64,000 bases of DNA, taken from the NCBI GenBank assembly GCA_965206595.1, contig OZ242214.1, forward strand, positions 768,001 to 832,000, given 5' to 3'. The DNA is from Candidatus Latescibacterota bacterium (lineage in GTDB: Bacteria; Latescibacterota; UBA2968; UBA8231). Shown here piece by piece: positions 1 through 10,261 of this stretch. The translations under genes and the position numbers were made by a program. How positions within the stretch are numbered: the stretch's first letter is position 1; the number at the start of each line of letters is the position of its first letter. The notes beneath the pieces are model-generated. The model made no database searches. It saw only the letters and a list, made by a program, of their open reading frames with translations, and was not told where the DNA came from.

Positions 1-306
1 GCGGATGAGCACCTGCTCGCGCATGCGCAGCTCCGGGTCGCCGCCGAGCAGCAGGCGCCCGAGCTCGATGGTGGCCGGGTTGGCGGCGAGGGGCCCCATG
101 ATCGCGCCCGGGATCGGGTGCCTGAGGTCGTTGCGGGTTTTCCCGGTTTTCCCGACCGGTCCGGCGACGGCGTCGACGTGGGCGCGCAGCTCCGCGGTGA
201 AGGCGCGGTCGAGCCAGCCGGGGAAGATCGTGTATCCCCGGTCCTCGATTTCGGCGAGGCGTGTGTCGAGATCCGCGAAGGATGGGTGCAGGGTTCTGCT
301 GGTCAT
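1..306 (-). CDS. Phytanoyl-CoA dioxygenase (PhyH) family protein, N-terminal part (runs off window edge)
   Basis: Manual translation from ATG at 306: MTSRTLHPSFADLDTRLAEIEDRGYTIFPGWLD...; the E-x-x-GY-x-x-x-PG-x-L start matches the other PhyH paralogues here; frame open to position 1. Confidence 0.65.
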   Translation of the reverse strand, partial: MTSRTLHPSFADLDTRLAEIEDRGYTIFPGWLDRAFTAELRAHVDAVAGPVGKTGKTRNDLRHPIPGAIMGPLAANPATIELGRLLLGGDPELRMREQVLIR

Positions 307-455
307 GGATTTGTAGCCCGGATGTCTGCTGTTCGGACACGGGATCGCAACCGCGAAACGCAGAACGCATAATATAGATTCAGCCGCATTGCCGAGAAGA
401 CGGCAGCAGCGCCGGTATCTTGGATGCGAACACAGGAGCACGGGAGCAGCGGATC

Positions 456-1901
456 ATGAAGGATCAACAGGCCGAGTCGTACTTCGAGGAATGGATTCAA
501 CGGGAAGCGGTCGCCGAGCGCATGGTTCCCGTCGTCGGCAACCTGTACCGCGAGCACGGGGTCGTGGTGACGGTCTTCGGCCGCTCCCTGGTGCGCAGCT
601 CCCCGATCGACATCCTCAAGGCGCACCGGTTCGCCCGCCACTTCCTCGACTGGGAACTGCCGGTCGAGCTGAGCTCGGCGATGCTCGAGGCCCTCGGGAA
701 GCTGCAGCCGGCGGCATCACGCGTCGACATCGGCAAGCTCGCCATGCGCTACCAGAACGAGCCGGCGGGCAAGGACCTCGAGACCTTTCTGCGCGCCGAG
801 CTCGGGAGCCTCGACGCCGGCAGGGAGCTGCTGAAGGCGGAACCCCGCGACGTGGTCCTCTACGGATTCGGCAGGGTCGGCCGCATGCTGGCGCGCATCC
901 TCATCGACCGCAGCGGCGGCGGCGACAAGTGGCGGCTGCGGGCCATCGTCGTACAGCGGCACAACAGGGGGGATCTGGAGAAGCGGGCCAGCCTGCTGCG
1001 GCGCGACTCGATCCACGGACCTTTCAAGGGCACGGTGCAGCTCGACCGCGACGAGAACGCCCTCGTGGTCAACGGCAACCTCATCCGCATCCTCTACGCC
1101 GACTCGCCGGACAAGGCGGACTACGCCGCCTACGGCATCGAGAACGCCATCGTCGTCGACAACTCCGGCGCCTGGCGCGACCGCGACGGTCTCGGAATGC
1201 ACCTGCGGGCGAAGGGGGTGGACAAGGTGATCCTCACCGCTCCCGGCAAGGGGGACATCCCCAACATCATCTACGGCGTCAACAGCGGCGACATCTGCCC
1301 CGAAGAAAAGCTGTTGTCGGCGGGAAGCTGCACCACCAACGCCATCGTCCCGGTGCTCAAGGTGATGGCCGACCGCTTCGGCATCGAGCGCGGCCATATC
1401 GACACCATCCACTCCTACACCAACGACCAGAACCTCGTCGACAACTTCCACAGCAAGACGCGCCGGGGACGCGGCGCTCCGCTCAACATGGTGATCACCG
1501 AAACCGGGGCCGCCGGCGCCGTCGCCAAGGCGCTGCCGGACCTGAAGGGCAAGGTGACGGCCAACGCCATCCGCGTGCCCACCCCCAACGTCTCCCTGGC
1601 GATCCTCAACCTCGGCCTCGGCCGCTCCACCACCGCCGCCGAGGTCAACCAGTACCTGCGCGGCATCTCCCTCGACTCTCCGCTCCAGGGGCAGATCGAC
1701 TACATCACCTCCCCCGAGGTCGTCTCGAGCGACTTCATCGGCTCGCTGAAGACCGCCATCGTCGACTCCACCTCGACCATCGCCACCGGCAGCCAGTGCA
1801 CCCTCTACGTCTGGTACGACAACGAGTACGGGTACGCCGGCCAGGTCGTCCGCATCGTGCAGCACCTGTCGGGGCTGGAGCTGCCCTCGTACCCGCAGTG
1901 A
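456..1901 (+). CDS. gap: Glyceraldehyde-3-phosphate dehydrogenase, long (~480 aa) type with N-terminal extension
   Basis: YGFGRVGR Rossmann motif, GSCTTN catalytic Cys, HSYTNDQ, RVPTPNVS, WYDNEYGY; ATG 456 after GGGAG. Confidence 0.95.
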   Translation: MKDQQAESYFEEWIQREAVAERMVPVVGNLYREHGVVVTVFGRSLVRSSPIDILKAHRFARHFLDWELPVELSSAMLEALGKLQPAASRVDIGKLAMRYQNEPAGKDLETFLRAELGSLDAGRELLKAEPRDVVLYGFGRVGRMLARILIDRSGGGDKWRLRAIVVQRHNRGDLEKRASLLRRDSIHGPFKGTVQLDRDENALVVNGNLIRILYADSPDKADYAAYGIENAIVVDNSGAWRDRDGLGMHLRAKGVDKVILTAPGKGDIPNIIYGVNSGDICPEEKLLSAGSCTTNAIVPVLKVMADRFGIERGHIDTIHSYTNDQNLVDNFHSKTRRGRGAPLNMVITETGAAGAVAKALPDLKGKVTANAIRVPTPNVSLAILNLGLGRSTTAAEVNQYLRGISLDSPLQGQIDYITSPEVVSSDFIGSLKTAIVDSTSTIATGSQCTLYVWYDNEYGYAGQVVRIVQHLSGLELPSYPQ

Positions 1902-2078
1902 TCCGCTGACAGCGAACGCGTGCCCGGCAACGGGACCGCGTCGAGTCGCTCAGTCACCTACGGACGCTGCTGGCCACCGGAGTTCGGCGAGTCTCTATCG
2001 GAATCCGGAAATTCGGGGGGAGGAAAGGGAGGGTGGACGCCCGATGTACCCTGCAACTGCTGCCCGGGGGGCGTCGGC

Positions 2079-2870
2079 TCATTCCGTTTCGGGTAGGACC
2101 AGCTTCGTCGCCAGGCTGCCCTGGTTGGCTTCCTCGAAGCGCTCGGATACCTCGCCGTAGTCGTAGAACTGGGAGCTGTCGTAGAGGAAGGTGTAGCGCC
2201 CGTTGCGGTCGAGCCCGGTTTCCAGCGCCTTGGCGTTGATCTCCTCGACGTTGCGATAGGCCGGCCAGCGCACCCCGTTCTTGCAGTATGAGATGTCGAT
2301 GAAATAGCGCGGCCGGTCCCTGCCACCCGGCTTGGGGCGGCGCGCGTGCCAGACCGCGGAGTGGACGACGACCGCCGACCCGGGCTCGAGGTCGGCGAAG
2401 CAGAGCCACCCTTCCAGACCGGAGGTCCCCAGCATCCGTAAATCCCGCTGCACCACGAGGTTCTGCGACTGCGGCAGAACGAGCAGGTCGCCGATCTCTC
2501 CGTTGAGGCCGTTCAGGTAGTAGAAGACGTGCACCATCAGGTGCGAGCGGTTGGACTGCGGGTGCTGCTCGTAATCCTGGTGCCAGCCGACGCCGGAGGC
2601 CCCCTCGTCGAAGCGGGTCGAGTGGATGTGGTGCATGGCAAAGGGCGATCCCCCCATCAGGGAGGCGACCGCGGCCATCGCCGGGGGATGGGAGGTCAGC
2701 AGTCCCATCTCCCGGTAGGAGACGAGCATGCGGTGGTCGCCGGCGTCGCGGTGCCGCACCAGTTCGTCCACCTCCGCAATCAGGCGGGCGCTGTACTCCG
2801 GCTCGATCAGGCCCGGGAGCACGAGGTAGCCCTGGCGATGGAAGGACTCGACTTCTTCCGCGCTCAGGGC
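2079..2870 (-). CDS. PhyH family Fe(II)/2OG dioxygenase (start codon uncertain)
   Basis: GWHQD iron motif, distal WHAR; frame extends upstream of the ORF call as ALSAEEVESFHRQGYLVLPG with no in-frame ATG before a TAG near 2905. Confidence 0.8.
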   Translation of the reverse strand, partial: ALSAEEVESFHRQGYLVLPGLIEPEYSARLIAEVDELVRHRDAGDHRMLVSYREMGLLTSHPPAMAAVASLMGGSPFAMHHIHSTRFDEGASGVGWHQDYEQHPQSNRSHLMVHVFYYLNGLNGEIGDLLVLPQSQNLVVQRDLRMLGTSGLEGWLCFADLEPGSAVVVHSAVWHARRPKPGGRDRPRYFIDISYCKNGVRWPAYRNVEEINAKALETGLDRNGRYTFLYDSSQFYDYGEVSERFEEANQGSLATKLVLPETE

Positions 2871-2924
2871 CGTACCTGCTGATTCAGAAAGGTTCCAGAC
2901 TTCCTATCTCCTTCGTCTCGTTTT

Positions 2925-3281
2925 TCAGGGTAGCTTTGGATCACTTAGGGTGCGGTGGCCAACGCCAGGTGGTGGAGTCGAAGACAGCCCCTCGAACAAC
3001 TTCTGAGACCAAACCTTGGTAGGATTGTTTACGTAGTCCCAGAAATTTCCGGGCAGCCATCCATTGACGCTCTGAGGGGTCATTTCCGTGACCATGAACC
3101 ACACCCCCGGCAGTCGTTCGCGAAGAATAGCACTGAGATCCTGGATATTGAGTCTTGAGACAAGGATCGCGGCGTAGGGAAAGGGCGCCACCCATGTATC
3201 AACTCCCTGGGTGTCGTTGAGCACCGCGTGCGCATGTTCCTGCGGGCAGGCTTGGTTGTATGCAAAGAGGTAGGGTTTCAT
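2925..3281 (-). CDS. Small hypothetical protein, predicted Cas2/VapD-like ferredoxin fold
   Basis: YLFAY..VDTW..AAILVS..helix..FMVTEM..GWLPGNFWDY pattern; ATG overlaps upstream stop (ATGA); low GC. Confidence 0.6.
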   Translation of the reverse strand: MKPYLFAYNQACPQEHAHAVLNDTQGVDTWVAPFPYAAILVSRLNIQDLSAILRERLPGVWFMVTEMTPQSVNGWLPGNFWDYVNNPTKVWSQKLFEGLSSTPPPGVGHRTLSDPKLP

Positions 3282-3754
3282 GAGGTTTTTTCCTCCCCTG
3301 CATTTTCTGGATCAGTTGGAACGGGTGGTCCGTCTTCTTCCGGTGACGGATCAGGTGCTGCCGGATTTTCCCCCGGCTCTTCCAGGGTAAGATCCTTGGC
3401 TGCGATTGGATAAGGCAACTCCTTGGCCGCGATCATCTGCATCCGCCTGGTTTCGTATCGATACTGTTCTGATTGCAGCCGGTCCGGATCATTCTTTGCA
3501 AACGTCGCGAAATGGCGCAAGTAGGTAAGCACGATCCATAGGGAAGCGATCACCAAACCAGTGGTGATGATAGGACAACCGGCAATCACGAATGTTGACC
3601 GAAACAGCCAGGCAGCGGTTAGAAACACCGGGATTAAGATCAGCACAGGGACCAGTGGTCCCATGGCCGAGCCTCGCTTGATCAGTAGTTCCCCAATATC
3701 CTGAAGGCTTGCCAATACTCTGTGTAAGGACATCTGCATATTCCCAGTGTTCAT
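3278..3754 (-). CDS. Two-TM membrane protein with DPDRLQSE motif (start could be 3733/3739/3754)
   Basis: Two hydrophobic stretches, then FAKNDPDRLQSEQY and an acidic/Pro tail; coupled to the downstream gene. Confidence 0.65.
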   Translation of the reverse strand: MNTGNMQMSLHRVLASLQDIGELLIKRGSAMGPLVPVLILIPVFLTAAWLFRSTFVIAGCPIITTGLVIASLWIVLTYLRHFATFAKNDPDRLQSEQYRYETRRMQMIAAKELPYPIAAKDLTLEEPGENPAAPDPSPEEDGPPVPTDPENAGEEKTS

Positions 3755-4003
3755 TAACACGTTGCGTCCGATACTCGCCGCGACGACGCGTAATCGAGCT
3801 TTCCCCAACGATACTCGGGCTAATCTCACCCCGCAACCACAGTCTGGTTTGACCCTAGAGAGCTGTCGACTGCCCCCTCTTTTTCAGTCTCGAAGGTATC
3901 CACCGAATACCTACCCAGCCGCTTTGCAGCCGGCACCGGGGCGGCCTATCTTGCCGTCTCCCTCCGACAAACCGCTTCATCATTCACCGGGAGTTGACAG
4001 CGC

Positions 4004-4834
4004 ATGCTGAAGCTGGGATGCATGTCCCTCAGCTACAAGGACGAGTTCGCCGCCGGCACCCTGAACCTGGAGGAATTCCTCGACCGGGCGCGGGAGCTGC
4101 GCCTCGACGGGGTCGACCTGCACACGGGGGCGTTCGCCTCGGAAGTGCCCGACTACCTGCGCGCGCTGCGCCGGCGCGCCGTCGATCACGGGTTGGCCCT
4201 GTCCTACATCGGGGTGAGCTCGGATTTCGGTGTCCGCGGCGAGGAGGAGCTCGACGCCCAGGTCGCCGCGGCCAAACACTGGATCGACGTCGCCGCCTTC
4301 ATGGGGATCCCGCTGGTGCGGGTATTCGCCGCCTGGATTCCCGAGGGGGACACTGAAGAGGCTACGTGGGCGCGGATGATCCCCTGCCTCAAGGAGGTCG
4401 CCGCCCACGGACGCGGGCAGGGGGTCGTCGTCGGCCTGCACAACCACAACCACGGCTGCGTGACGCGGACCGGAAAGGACGTGCGGCGCATCATAGAAGA
4501 GGTGGACGACCTGTATTTCTCCCACATCCTCGACACCGGGCAGTACATCGGTTCCCCGGGCGCCTCAGGGCAGCGGGGCAGGGAAGATCCGGCCCTCGAT
4601 TTCTACGGCTCGATCGCCGAGACCGCGCCCCTGGCCGTGCACGTGCGCTGCAAGATCTACCGCATCCAGTCGGGAACCGAGGAGTGGCTCGACTACCCGC
4701 GCATCTTCGAGATCCTCAAAGGGGTCGACTACAACGGCTGGTGCTCGGTGGTCTACGAAGGCCAGGACGTCGAGGCCGAGGCCACCGCGGTCCCCAAGGC
4801 GGTGAAATACCTGCGCAGCCTGATGGACTGGTAG
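4004..4834 (+). CDS. Sugar phosphate isomerase/epimerase (xylose-isomerase-like TIM barrel)
   Basis: VRVF, GLHNHNH, ILDTGQY, HVRCK, SVVYEG metal-site motifs. Confidence 0.85.
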   Translation: MLKLGCMSLSYKDEFAAGTLNLEEFLDRARELRLDGVDLHTGAFASEVPDYLRALRRRAVDHGLALSYIGVSSDFGVRGEEELDAQVAAAKHWIDVAAFMGIPLVRVFAAWIPEGDTEEATWARMIPCLKEVAAHGRGQGVVVGLHNHNHGCVTRTGKDVRRIIEEVDDLYFSHILDTGQYIGSPGASGQRGREDPALDFYGSIAETAPLAVHVRCKIYRIQSGTEEWLDYPRIFEILKGVDYNGWCSVVYEGQDVEAEATAVPKAVKYLRSLMDW

Positions 4835-4835
4835 C

Positions 4836-6164
4836 ATGCGGCTCGGCTACCCCCAGGTCGCCCTGCAGGTTCCGGAAATACTGCTGCCCAACCCCGGTGT
4901 GGTCCTTGATCGCTGGGCGGTAATCGCCTGCGACCAGTACACCTCCGACCCGGAGTACTGGCGCCAGGTCGAGGAGCTGGTGGGGAACGATCCCTCGACG
5001 CTGCACGCGGTTTTTCCCGAGGTCCATCTCGGCGATCCCGGCCGCCATGGGCGGATCGAGCGGATAAACCGGCGGATGCGCGGATACCTCGAAGAAGGGG
5101 TCCTCGAGCCGCTTCCGGCCGGGTTTGTCCTCGTCGACCGGGAGACCCCGCGCACTCCCTCCCGCAAGGGGCTGCTGGTCTGTCTCGACCTGGAGCAGTA
5201 CGGCTTCGCCCCCGGCGCGGAGACGCTGATCCGCAGCACCGAGGAGACCGACCCGGAGCGGCTGCCCCCGCGCCTCGAGATCCGCCGCGGCGCGCCCCTG
5301 GAGCTGCCCCACATCATGGTGCTGATCGACGACCCGGAGGGCACCGTGGTCGAGCCGCTGTTCGACTGCCGCGACGAGCTGCGCCTGCTCTACGACTTCG
5401 AGCTGATGATGGGAGGCGGCCATCTGCGTGGATGGCACGTCGGGGAGCCGCACCGCATCGCCCGGGTTATCGACGCCCTTTCGGCGCTCGCCGCGGGATT
5501 CGCCGCCCGCTACGGCGCTTCCCGGGAAGCGGCCCCGCTGCTCCACGCCGTCGGGGACGGCAATCACTCGCTGGCGGCCGCCCGCGTGGTCTGGGAGGAG
5601 GCGAGGCGCAATGGAGCGCCGGCCGATCACCCTGCCCGTTGGGCCCTGGTGGAGCTGGTCAATCTGCACGACCCCGGTCTGCGCTTCGAGCCGATCCATC
5701 GCGTCGTCTTCGAGGCCGACGCGCACGAGCTGATGTCGTCGCTTTCCGATCACTGCCGCTCGCGGGGGTCGCATCTCGAGGTCACCGATTTTGCGGATCG
5801 GCAGCAGTGGGAGAGGGCACGCGCCGGTCTCGACCGCGGTGCCCAGCACCTGCCGTTCGTGGCCAACCGCCGCCTCGGCATCGCCACCATCCACCGGCCG
5901 CGGCAGCAGCTGGCGGTGGCGTCGCTGCAGAGCTTCCTCGGCGGCGCCGGAGTCCGGCACCGCGTCGACTACATCCACGGCGGCGACCGGGTGGAGGAGC
6001 TCGGCAGCCTGCCCGGCAACGTCGGCTTCTTCACCGAGGCCCTCGACAAGCAGAGCCTGTTCCGCACCATCCTTCGCGACGGCCCCCTGCCGAGGAAGTC
6101 GTTCTCCCTCGGCGAGGCGGAGGAGAAGCGCTACTACCTCGAAAGCCGGCGCCTCGAGGAATGA
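4836..6164 (+). CDS. DUF1015 family protein
   Basis: WAVIACDQYTS, ELPHIMVL, VGDGNHSLA, LPRKSFSLG..EKRYYLE motifs. Confidence 0.85.
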   Translation: MRLGYPQVALQVPEILLPNPGVVLDRWAVIACDQYTSDPEYWRQVEELVGNDPSTLHAVFPEVHLGDPGRHGRIERINRRMRGYLEEGVLEPLPAGFVLVDRETPRTPSRKGLLVCLDLEQYGFAPGAETLIRSTEETDPERLPPRLEIRRGAPLELPHIMVLIDDPEGTVVEPLFDCRDELRLLYDFELMMGGGHLRGWHVGEPHRIARVIDALSALAAGFAARYGASREAAPLLHAVGDGNHSLAAARVVWEEARRNGAPADHPARWALVELVNLHDPGLRFEPIHRVVFEADAHELMSSLSDHCRSRGSHLEVTDFADRQQWERARAGLDRGAQHLPFVANRRLGIATIHRPRQQLAVASLQSFLGGAGVRHRVDYIHGGDRVEELGSLPGNVGFFTEALDKQSLFRTILRDGPLPRKSFSLGEAEEKRYYLESRRLEE

Positions 6165-6288
6165 CGCCCCCGGAGCTGCCGTGCCGGCGGTCCCGGGATT
6201 GCGGGGATGAGCAACCTGCGCCGAGACGATTGAAAACAAAATCCCAACCTGCTGCTCTGCGGAGCCGCCCAAACGATCGAAAGGAGCA

Positions 6289-7305
6289 ATGACCATGGCC
6301 CGTCACCTGTACGTCTCGAACTCCGGCAGCGAGTTCCTGTCCCACTTCCTCATGGACGAGGATTCGGGGAAACTCACCCCGCAGCCAGACATCGACCTCG
6401 GCGGCGCTCCCGGAGCGGTGGCTACGAACTCGGCCGAAACGGTGATGTACGTCTGCCTGCGCCCGAGCGGCGAGGTCGTCAGCTTCCGGGTCGACAAGGA
6501 TTCGGGCGCCCTCACCCGGATGGGGGCGGCGACCCTCGTCGAAGGGCCGCCCTACCTCTACCTCGACGACACCGGCCGCTTCCTGCTGGCCGCCTACTAC
6601 GGGGCCGCCGGCGTGTCGTCGCACCGCATCGAGGCGGACGGCACCGTGGGGGAACAGCTGCAGTGGCTCGACACCGAGACCCACGCCCACAGCATCCGGA
6701 CCGACCGCAGCAACCGCTTCGCCTTCGTGCCGCACACCAACCCGGCGAACTCCATCCACCAGTTCCTGTTCGACGAAGGCAGCGGCGAGCTGACCCCCAA
6801 CGACCCGCCGGTCGCCGGGCCGGACAGCGAGGAAGGGCCGCGTCACTTCGTCTTCCACCCGCAGGGGAACTTCCTCTACTCCGTCAACGAGAACGGCAGC
6901 ACCGTCTCCGCCTTCCACTTCGACCCGGACAGGGGAACGCTCGAGCCGTTTCAGCTGATCCCGACGGTGCCGGCAGGGACCGATCTCGAAGGCAAGTCCA
7001 CGGCCGAGATCCGGATCTCCGGGGATGGCCGCCACCTCTACGCCTCGAACCGCGGCCACGACACCCTGGCGTTGTTCGAGGTCGGCGGCGACGGCAGGCT
7101 GACGGCCAAGGGCCACTTCGAGACCGAGGCGACGCCGCGGTTCTTCGACATCGCCCCGGGCGGACGCTACCTCTATTCCGCGGGCCAGGGCTCTAACCGG
7201 CTGGTCTCGTACCGGATCGACCCGTCCGACGGCTCCCTCGACACGCTCGAGCGCCACGACGTCGGCGGCAGCCCGCTCTGGATCCAGTTCGTCGCGCAGG
7301 AGTGA
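6289..7305 (+). CDS. Lactonase family beta-propeller (6-phosphogluconolactonase-like)
   Basis: HAHSI, GPRHFVFHP, YSVNE, YASNRGHD, PRFF motifs; RBS AAGGAG. Confidence 0.9.
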   Translation: MTMARHLYVSNSGSEFLSHFLMDEDSGKLTPQPDIDLGGAPGAVATNSAETVMYVCLRPSGEVVSFRVDKDSGALTRMGAATLVEGPPYLYLDDTGRFLLAAYYGAAGVSSHRIEADGTVGEQLQWLDTETHAHSIRTDRSNRFAFVPHTNPANSIHQFLFDEGSGELTPNDPPVAGPDSEEGPRHFVFHPQGNFLYSVNENGSTVSAFHFDPDRGTLEPFQLIPTVPAGTDLEGKSTAEIRISGDGRHLYASNRGHDTLALFEVGGDGRLTAKGHFETEATPRFFDIAPGGRYLYSAGQGSNRLVSYRIDPSDGSLDTLERHDVGGSPLWIQFVAQE

Positions 7306-7565
7306 GGGGCGGCGACGGCGGAAACCTCGGACTAGCGAGATCTCCAGCCGGTGTCGCGAGCCATGTTCGGGGCGGCAACTTGCCGGTTATGAAGGAAGAA
7401 TGGATTGACCCGGAGGAAGCGGATGGCACCACCCGATGAAATTCCCCGTTTTCCGGCTCGCCCGGAGTGCAGGCCGATGGCGGCCGTCGACGATGAGCGC
7501 AGGCTTGTGGGCTGGCGCGACATCGGTGGCCTGCGCGAAGCGGTGAAAACCCCGCACCAATTCAC

Positions 7566-9854
7566 ATGACCGGCGCCCGAATCGAGATCGACCTGCCAGC
7601 GGCGGTGGAGCCGTGGCGGCTGACTGCGGCTTCCCCGGAACGGGAGGAGGTCGCCAGCATTCGCAGCAGCTGGACCCCGCCCCAGACGGTCCCGGCCCCG
7701 CCGCAGGCATGGAGGCACGCCGGCCGGCTGCAAGAACCGCTCGAGCTGGCCGGGGTCGCGGGCGAGGTCGTCGCCGACCGCTTCGAAGCTCCCGGGTACG
7801 AGCTCCGGAGGGAGGTGTGGCTGGCGCATTCCGCGGACTCGACAGCGGTCCGGCAGGTCCTGGTCAACCGCGGCGAAGGCCCGATCCGGCTGCGGGCGCT
7901 GCTGCCGCTGCAATGCGACGGCGCGGAGAGCCTGCTGATCTGCGGCCGCGGCGCCGAGGGCTGGGACATCCTCGTGCAGAAGCGCTTCAAGAACGACGGC
8001 CCCACTGCCTTCCGCCCCGGGGTGGCCGACGCCGACCTGGAAATGGCGGTCAAGCCGGTGGGCCCCACGGGGGAGGCGCTTCCCGAGGCCGGCGGGACCA
8101 CCCTGGTCCGCGCCGATCCCTTCTGCATGCTGCGCCCCCGGGGGGACGGCAGCGCCCCGGCGCTGTTGATCGGCTACCTCAGCCAGACCGGACACCTGGC
8201 GCGCATCCTGCTGCGGTTCGCCGACGAAGAGGAGGGCGGCACCCGGCTGGAGCAGCTCACTGCTGAATGCGAGCTCGACGGCGTGGAGGTGAAGCCGGGC
8301 GAACAGCGCGCGAGCCAGTGGCTGCTGGTCGCCGCCGGGGAAACCAACCGGCTGATCGCGGAATTCGCCGACCGCGTCGGCATCTTTCACGACATCGCCC
8401 CTGCCCCCTCGCCGCCGGCGGTATGGTGCTCCTTCTCGGCCTACGGCGAGTCCTACAGCGAAGCGCTGTTCGATCAGGACCTCGCCGATCTCGCGGCACG
8501 GCGCGTGCCGATGGATTTCTTCCTGATCGACGGGGGCTGGGAGCGTGCCCGCGGGGACTGGGAGCCCGACCCGGAAAGGTGGCCGGGCGGCATGAAGGCG
8601 GCTGCCGCGCGAATCGCGGACCTCGGGTACGGCCCGGCGCTGTGGACGGCGCCCTACACCGTCCACCCGGAGTCGCCGCTGGCGAAGGAACATCCCGACT
8701 GGATGGCGACGACCGCGGACGGAGAGCGCTACGACTACATGAACGGCTTCGTCCTCGACACCACCGCGCCCGGTGCCTGCGGCCACCTCGAGCGCCTCTA
8801 CCGCACCCTGACGCGCGACTGGGGCTACCGCTACCACAAGTTCGATTTCATGCGCGGCATCTTCAACAACCCGGCCATGCGCTTCCGCGACCCTTCGGCA
8901 ACCCGGCTCGAGGCCTATCGCCGCGGCCTGGAGGCGATCCGCCGCGGCGCCGGAGCGGACGCCTACCTCTGCGTCTGCGGCGGCCATTTCGGCGGCTCGC
9001 TCGGACTGGCCGACGCCCAGCGCAGCGGCAGCGACGTGCGCGGCTGGTGGGAGGTGATGAAGCCGCGCATCAAGCAGAACCTGCTGCGCACCTGGATGCA
9101 CCGGCTCTGGCACGTCGACCCGGACGCCATGCTGCTGCGGAGGCGAGAAGAGCCGCTGGTCGAGGGGGCCATGGGCTCCTACACCCTCGGCAGGTTGAGC
9201 GACGACGAGGCGCGGACCGTGGTTCTGAACCAGTACCTCGGCGGCCAGCTCATTTGCCTGGGAGAGGCGTTCCGCCATCTCGACGAGGACCGGCGCGCCC
9301 TCCTGCGCCACGCCATTCCGTCGATCGGTTCCCCGGCGGTGCCGCTCGACCCGTTCGAGCCGGTGGCCCCGTCGCAGCTCGTCACCAAGGTGACCCCCCG
9401 TTGCGGCGCCCTCGAACCGTGGAACACCCTCGCCCTGATCAACTGGAGCGACGCCCCGCAGCGGATGGCCGCGAGCCTTTCCGCTGAGGTCGTCGGCGGC
9501 CTGCAGGCCGACCGCTTCCTGGTTACGGAGTTCTTCACGGATACAGCGATCGGGGTGGCCGCCGCCGGCGAGAGCATCGACCTCGGACTCGTGCCCCCGC
9601 ACGCCAGCCGCCTGCTGCGGATCGTCCCGTGGCGCGGGGAAGGTCCGGTGCTGGCCGGCACCGATCTCAGCTTTTCGGGCGGTGGGGTGGAGGTCGTCGA
9701 GTGGCGCCCCGGAGAGGGAGAGGCCGACGGCAGGGTGGCGACCGACTGGGACTACCCCTGCCGCGTCAGGGTCGCCTTTCCGCGGGAGGAGGGCTGTGCC
9801 TTGGCTTCAGTGGTTGTGCCGGCGGGCGGGGGGGAGTTCAGGGTGGGGGTGTAG
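7566..9854 (+). CDS. Alpha-galactosidase, glycoside hydrolase family 36-like
   Basis: WCSF, FLIDGGW, GDW, ALWTAP, YHKFDF nucleophile motif, RSGSD, HVDPD. Confidence 0.85.
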   Translation: MTGARIEIDLPAAVEPWRLTAASPEREEVASIRSSWTPPQTVPAPPQAWRHAGRLQEPLELAGVAGEVVADRFEAPGYELRREVWLAHSADSTAVRQVLVNRGEGPIRLRALLPLQCDGAESLLICGRGAEGWDILVQKRFKNDGPTAFRPGVADADLEMAVKPVGPTGEALPEAGGTTLVRADPFCMLRPRGDGSAPALLIGYLSQTGHLARILLRFADEEEGGTRLEQLTAECELDGVEVKPGEQRASQWLLVAAGETNRLIAEFADRVGIFHDIAPAPSPPAVWCSFSAYGESYSEALFDQDLADLAARRVPMDFFLIDGGWERARGDWEPDPERWPGGMKAAAARIADLGYGPALWTAPYTVHPESPLAKEHPDWMATTADGERYDYMNGFVLDTTAPGACGHLERLYRTLTRDWGYRYHKFDFMRGIFNNPAMRFRDPSATRLEAYRRGLEAIRRGAGADAYLCVCGGHFGGSLGLADAQRSGSDVRGWWEVMKPRIKQNLLRTWMHRLWHVDPDAMLLRRREEPLVEGAMGSYTLGRLSDDEARTVVLNQYLGGQLICLGEAFRHLDEDRRALLRHAIPSIGSPAVPLDPFEPVAPSQLVTKVTPRCGALEPWNTLALINWSDAPQRMAASLSAEVVGGLQADRFLVTEFFTDTAIGVAAAGESIDLGLVPPHASRLLRIVPWRGEGPVLAGTDLSFSGGGVEVVEWRPGEGEADGRVATDWDYPCRVRVAFPREEGCALASVVVPAGGGEFRVGV

Positions 9855-9933
9855 GCAGCGGATTCTCACGGGGCCGGCGAGTAGGAGGAAGCGGAAGTGG
9901 GGATGGCGCCTTTTGGATGGCTGGCAACCCGGT

Positions 9934-10245
9934 TTAGTCACGGGCAGGCGGGGAAAACTGATTCGTAACAACCGCAGAAAACCTGGGTTCCAATCGATAG
10001 CTGCTTGGAATCGGACGCATGGATTCGATGGTATCCGAGCGGTCACCCGTGGTTTCTATCTGAGTCTGGGGCTTGCAGATCTCCGCAGGAGCCACCGGAC
10101 GGGCAGGGCAGCGCACGGACTTTAGGCCCGACTTGGCCTGTTGTTCCTGGACACTTCGGAAGATCTCCTTGATGTCGTAACCGCACTGAGCGGCAAGTTC
10201 GTTCCGTATTGCCCGGACTTTAGTCACGATAGGGTCATTTCTCAT
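9934..10245 (-). CDS. Small antitoxin-like hypothetical protein (MRNDPIVxxVRxIRxExAA family)
   Basis: Own ATG (10245) and RBS GGGGGA within ORF 9934-10434; resembles small proteins found beside TA toxins. Confidence 0.5.
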   Translation of the reverse strand: MRNDPIVTKVRAIRNELAAQCGYDIKEIFRSVQEQQAKSGLKSVRCPARPVAPAEICKPQTQIETTGDRSDTIESMRPIPSSYRLEPRFSAVVTNQFSPPARD

Positions 10246-10261
10246 CGTTGATGTCCCCCGA

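Noticed and set aside
456-850. GAPDH N-terminal extension as a novel fusion
   Set aside because: Long ~480-aa GAPDHs with this extension are a known widespread subtype.
7332-9602. Long antisense or alternative-frame ORFs (also 389-1909, 4716-6296, 43252-45564 and others)
   Set aside because: Expected in high-GC DNA; Arg/Pro/Gly-rich, no motifs, and overlapping well-supported genes.
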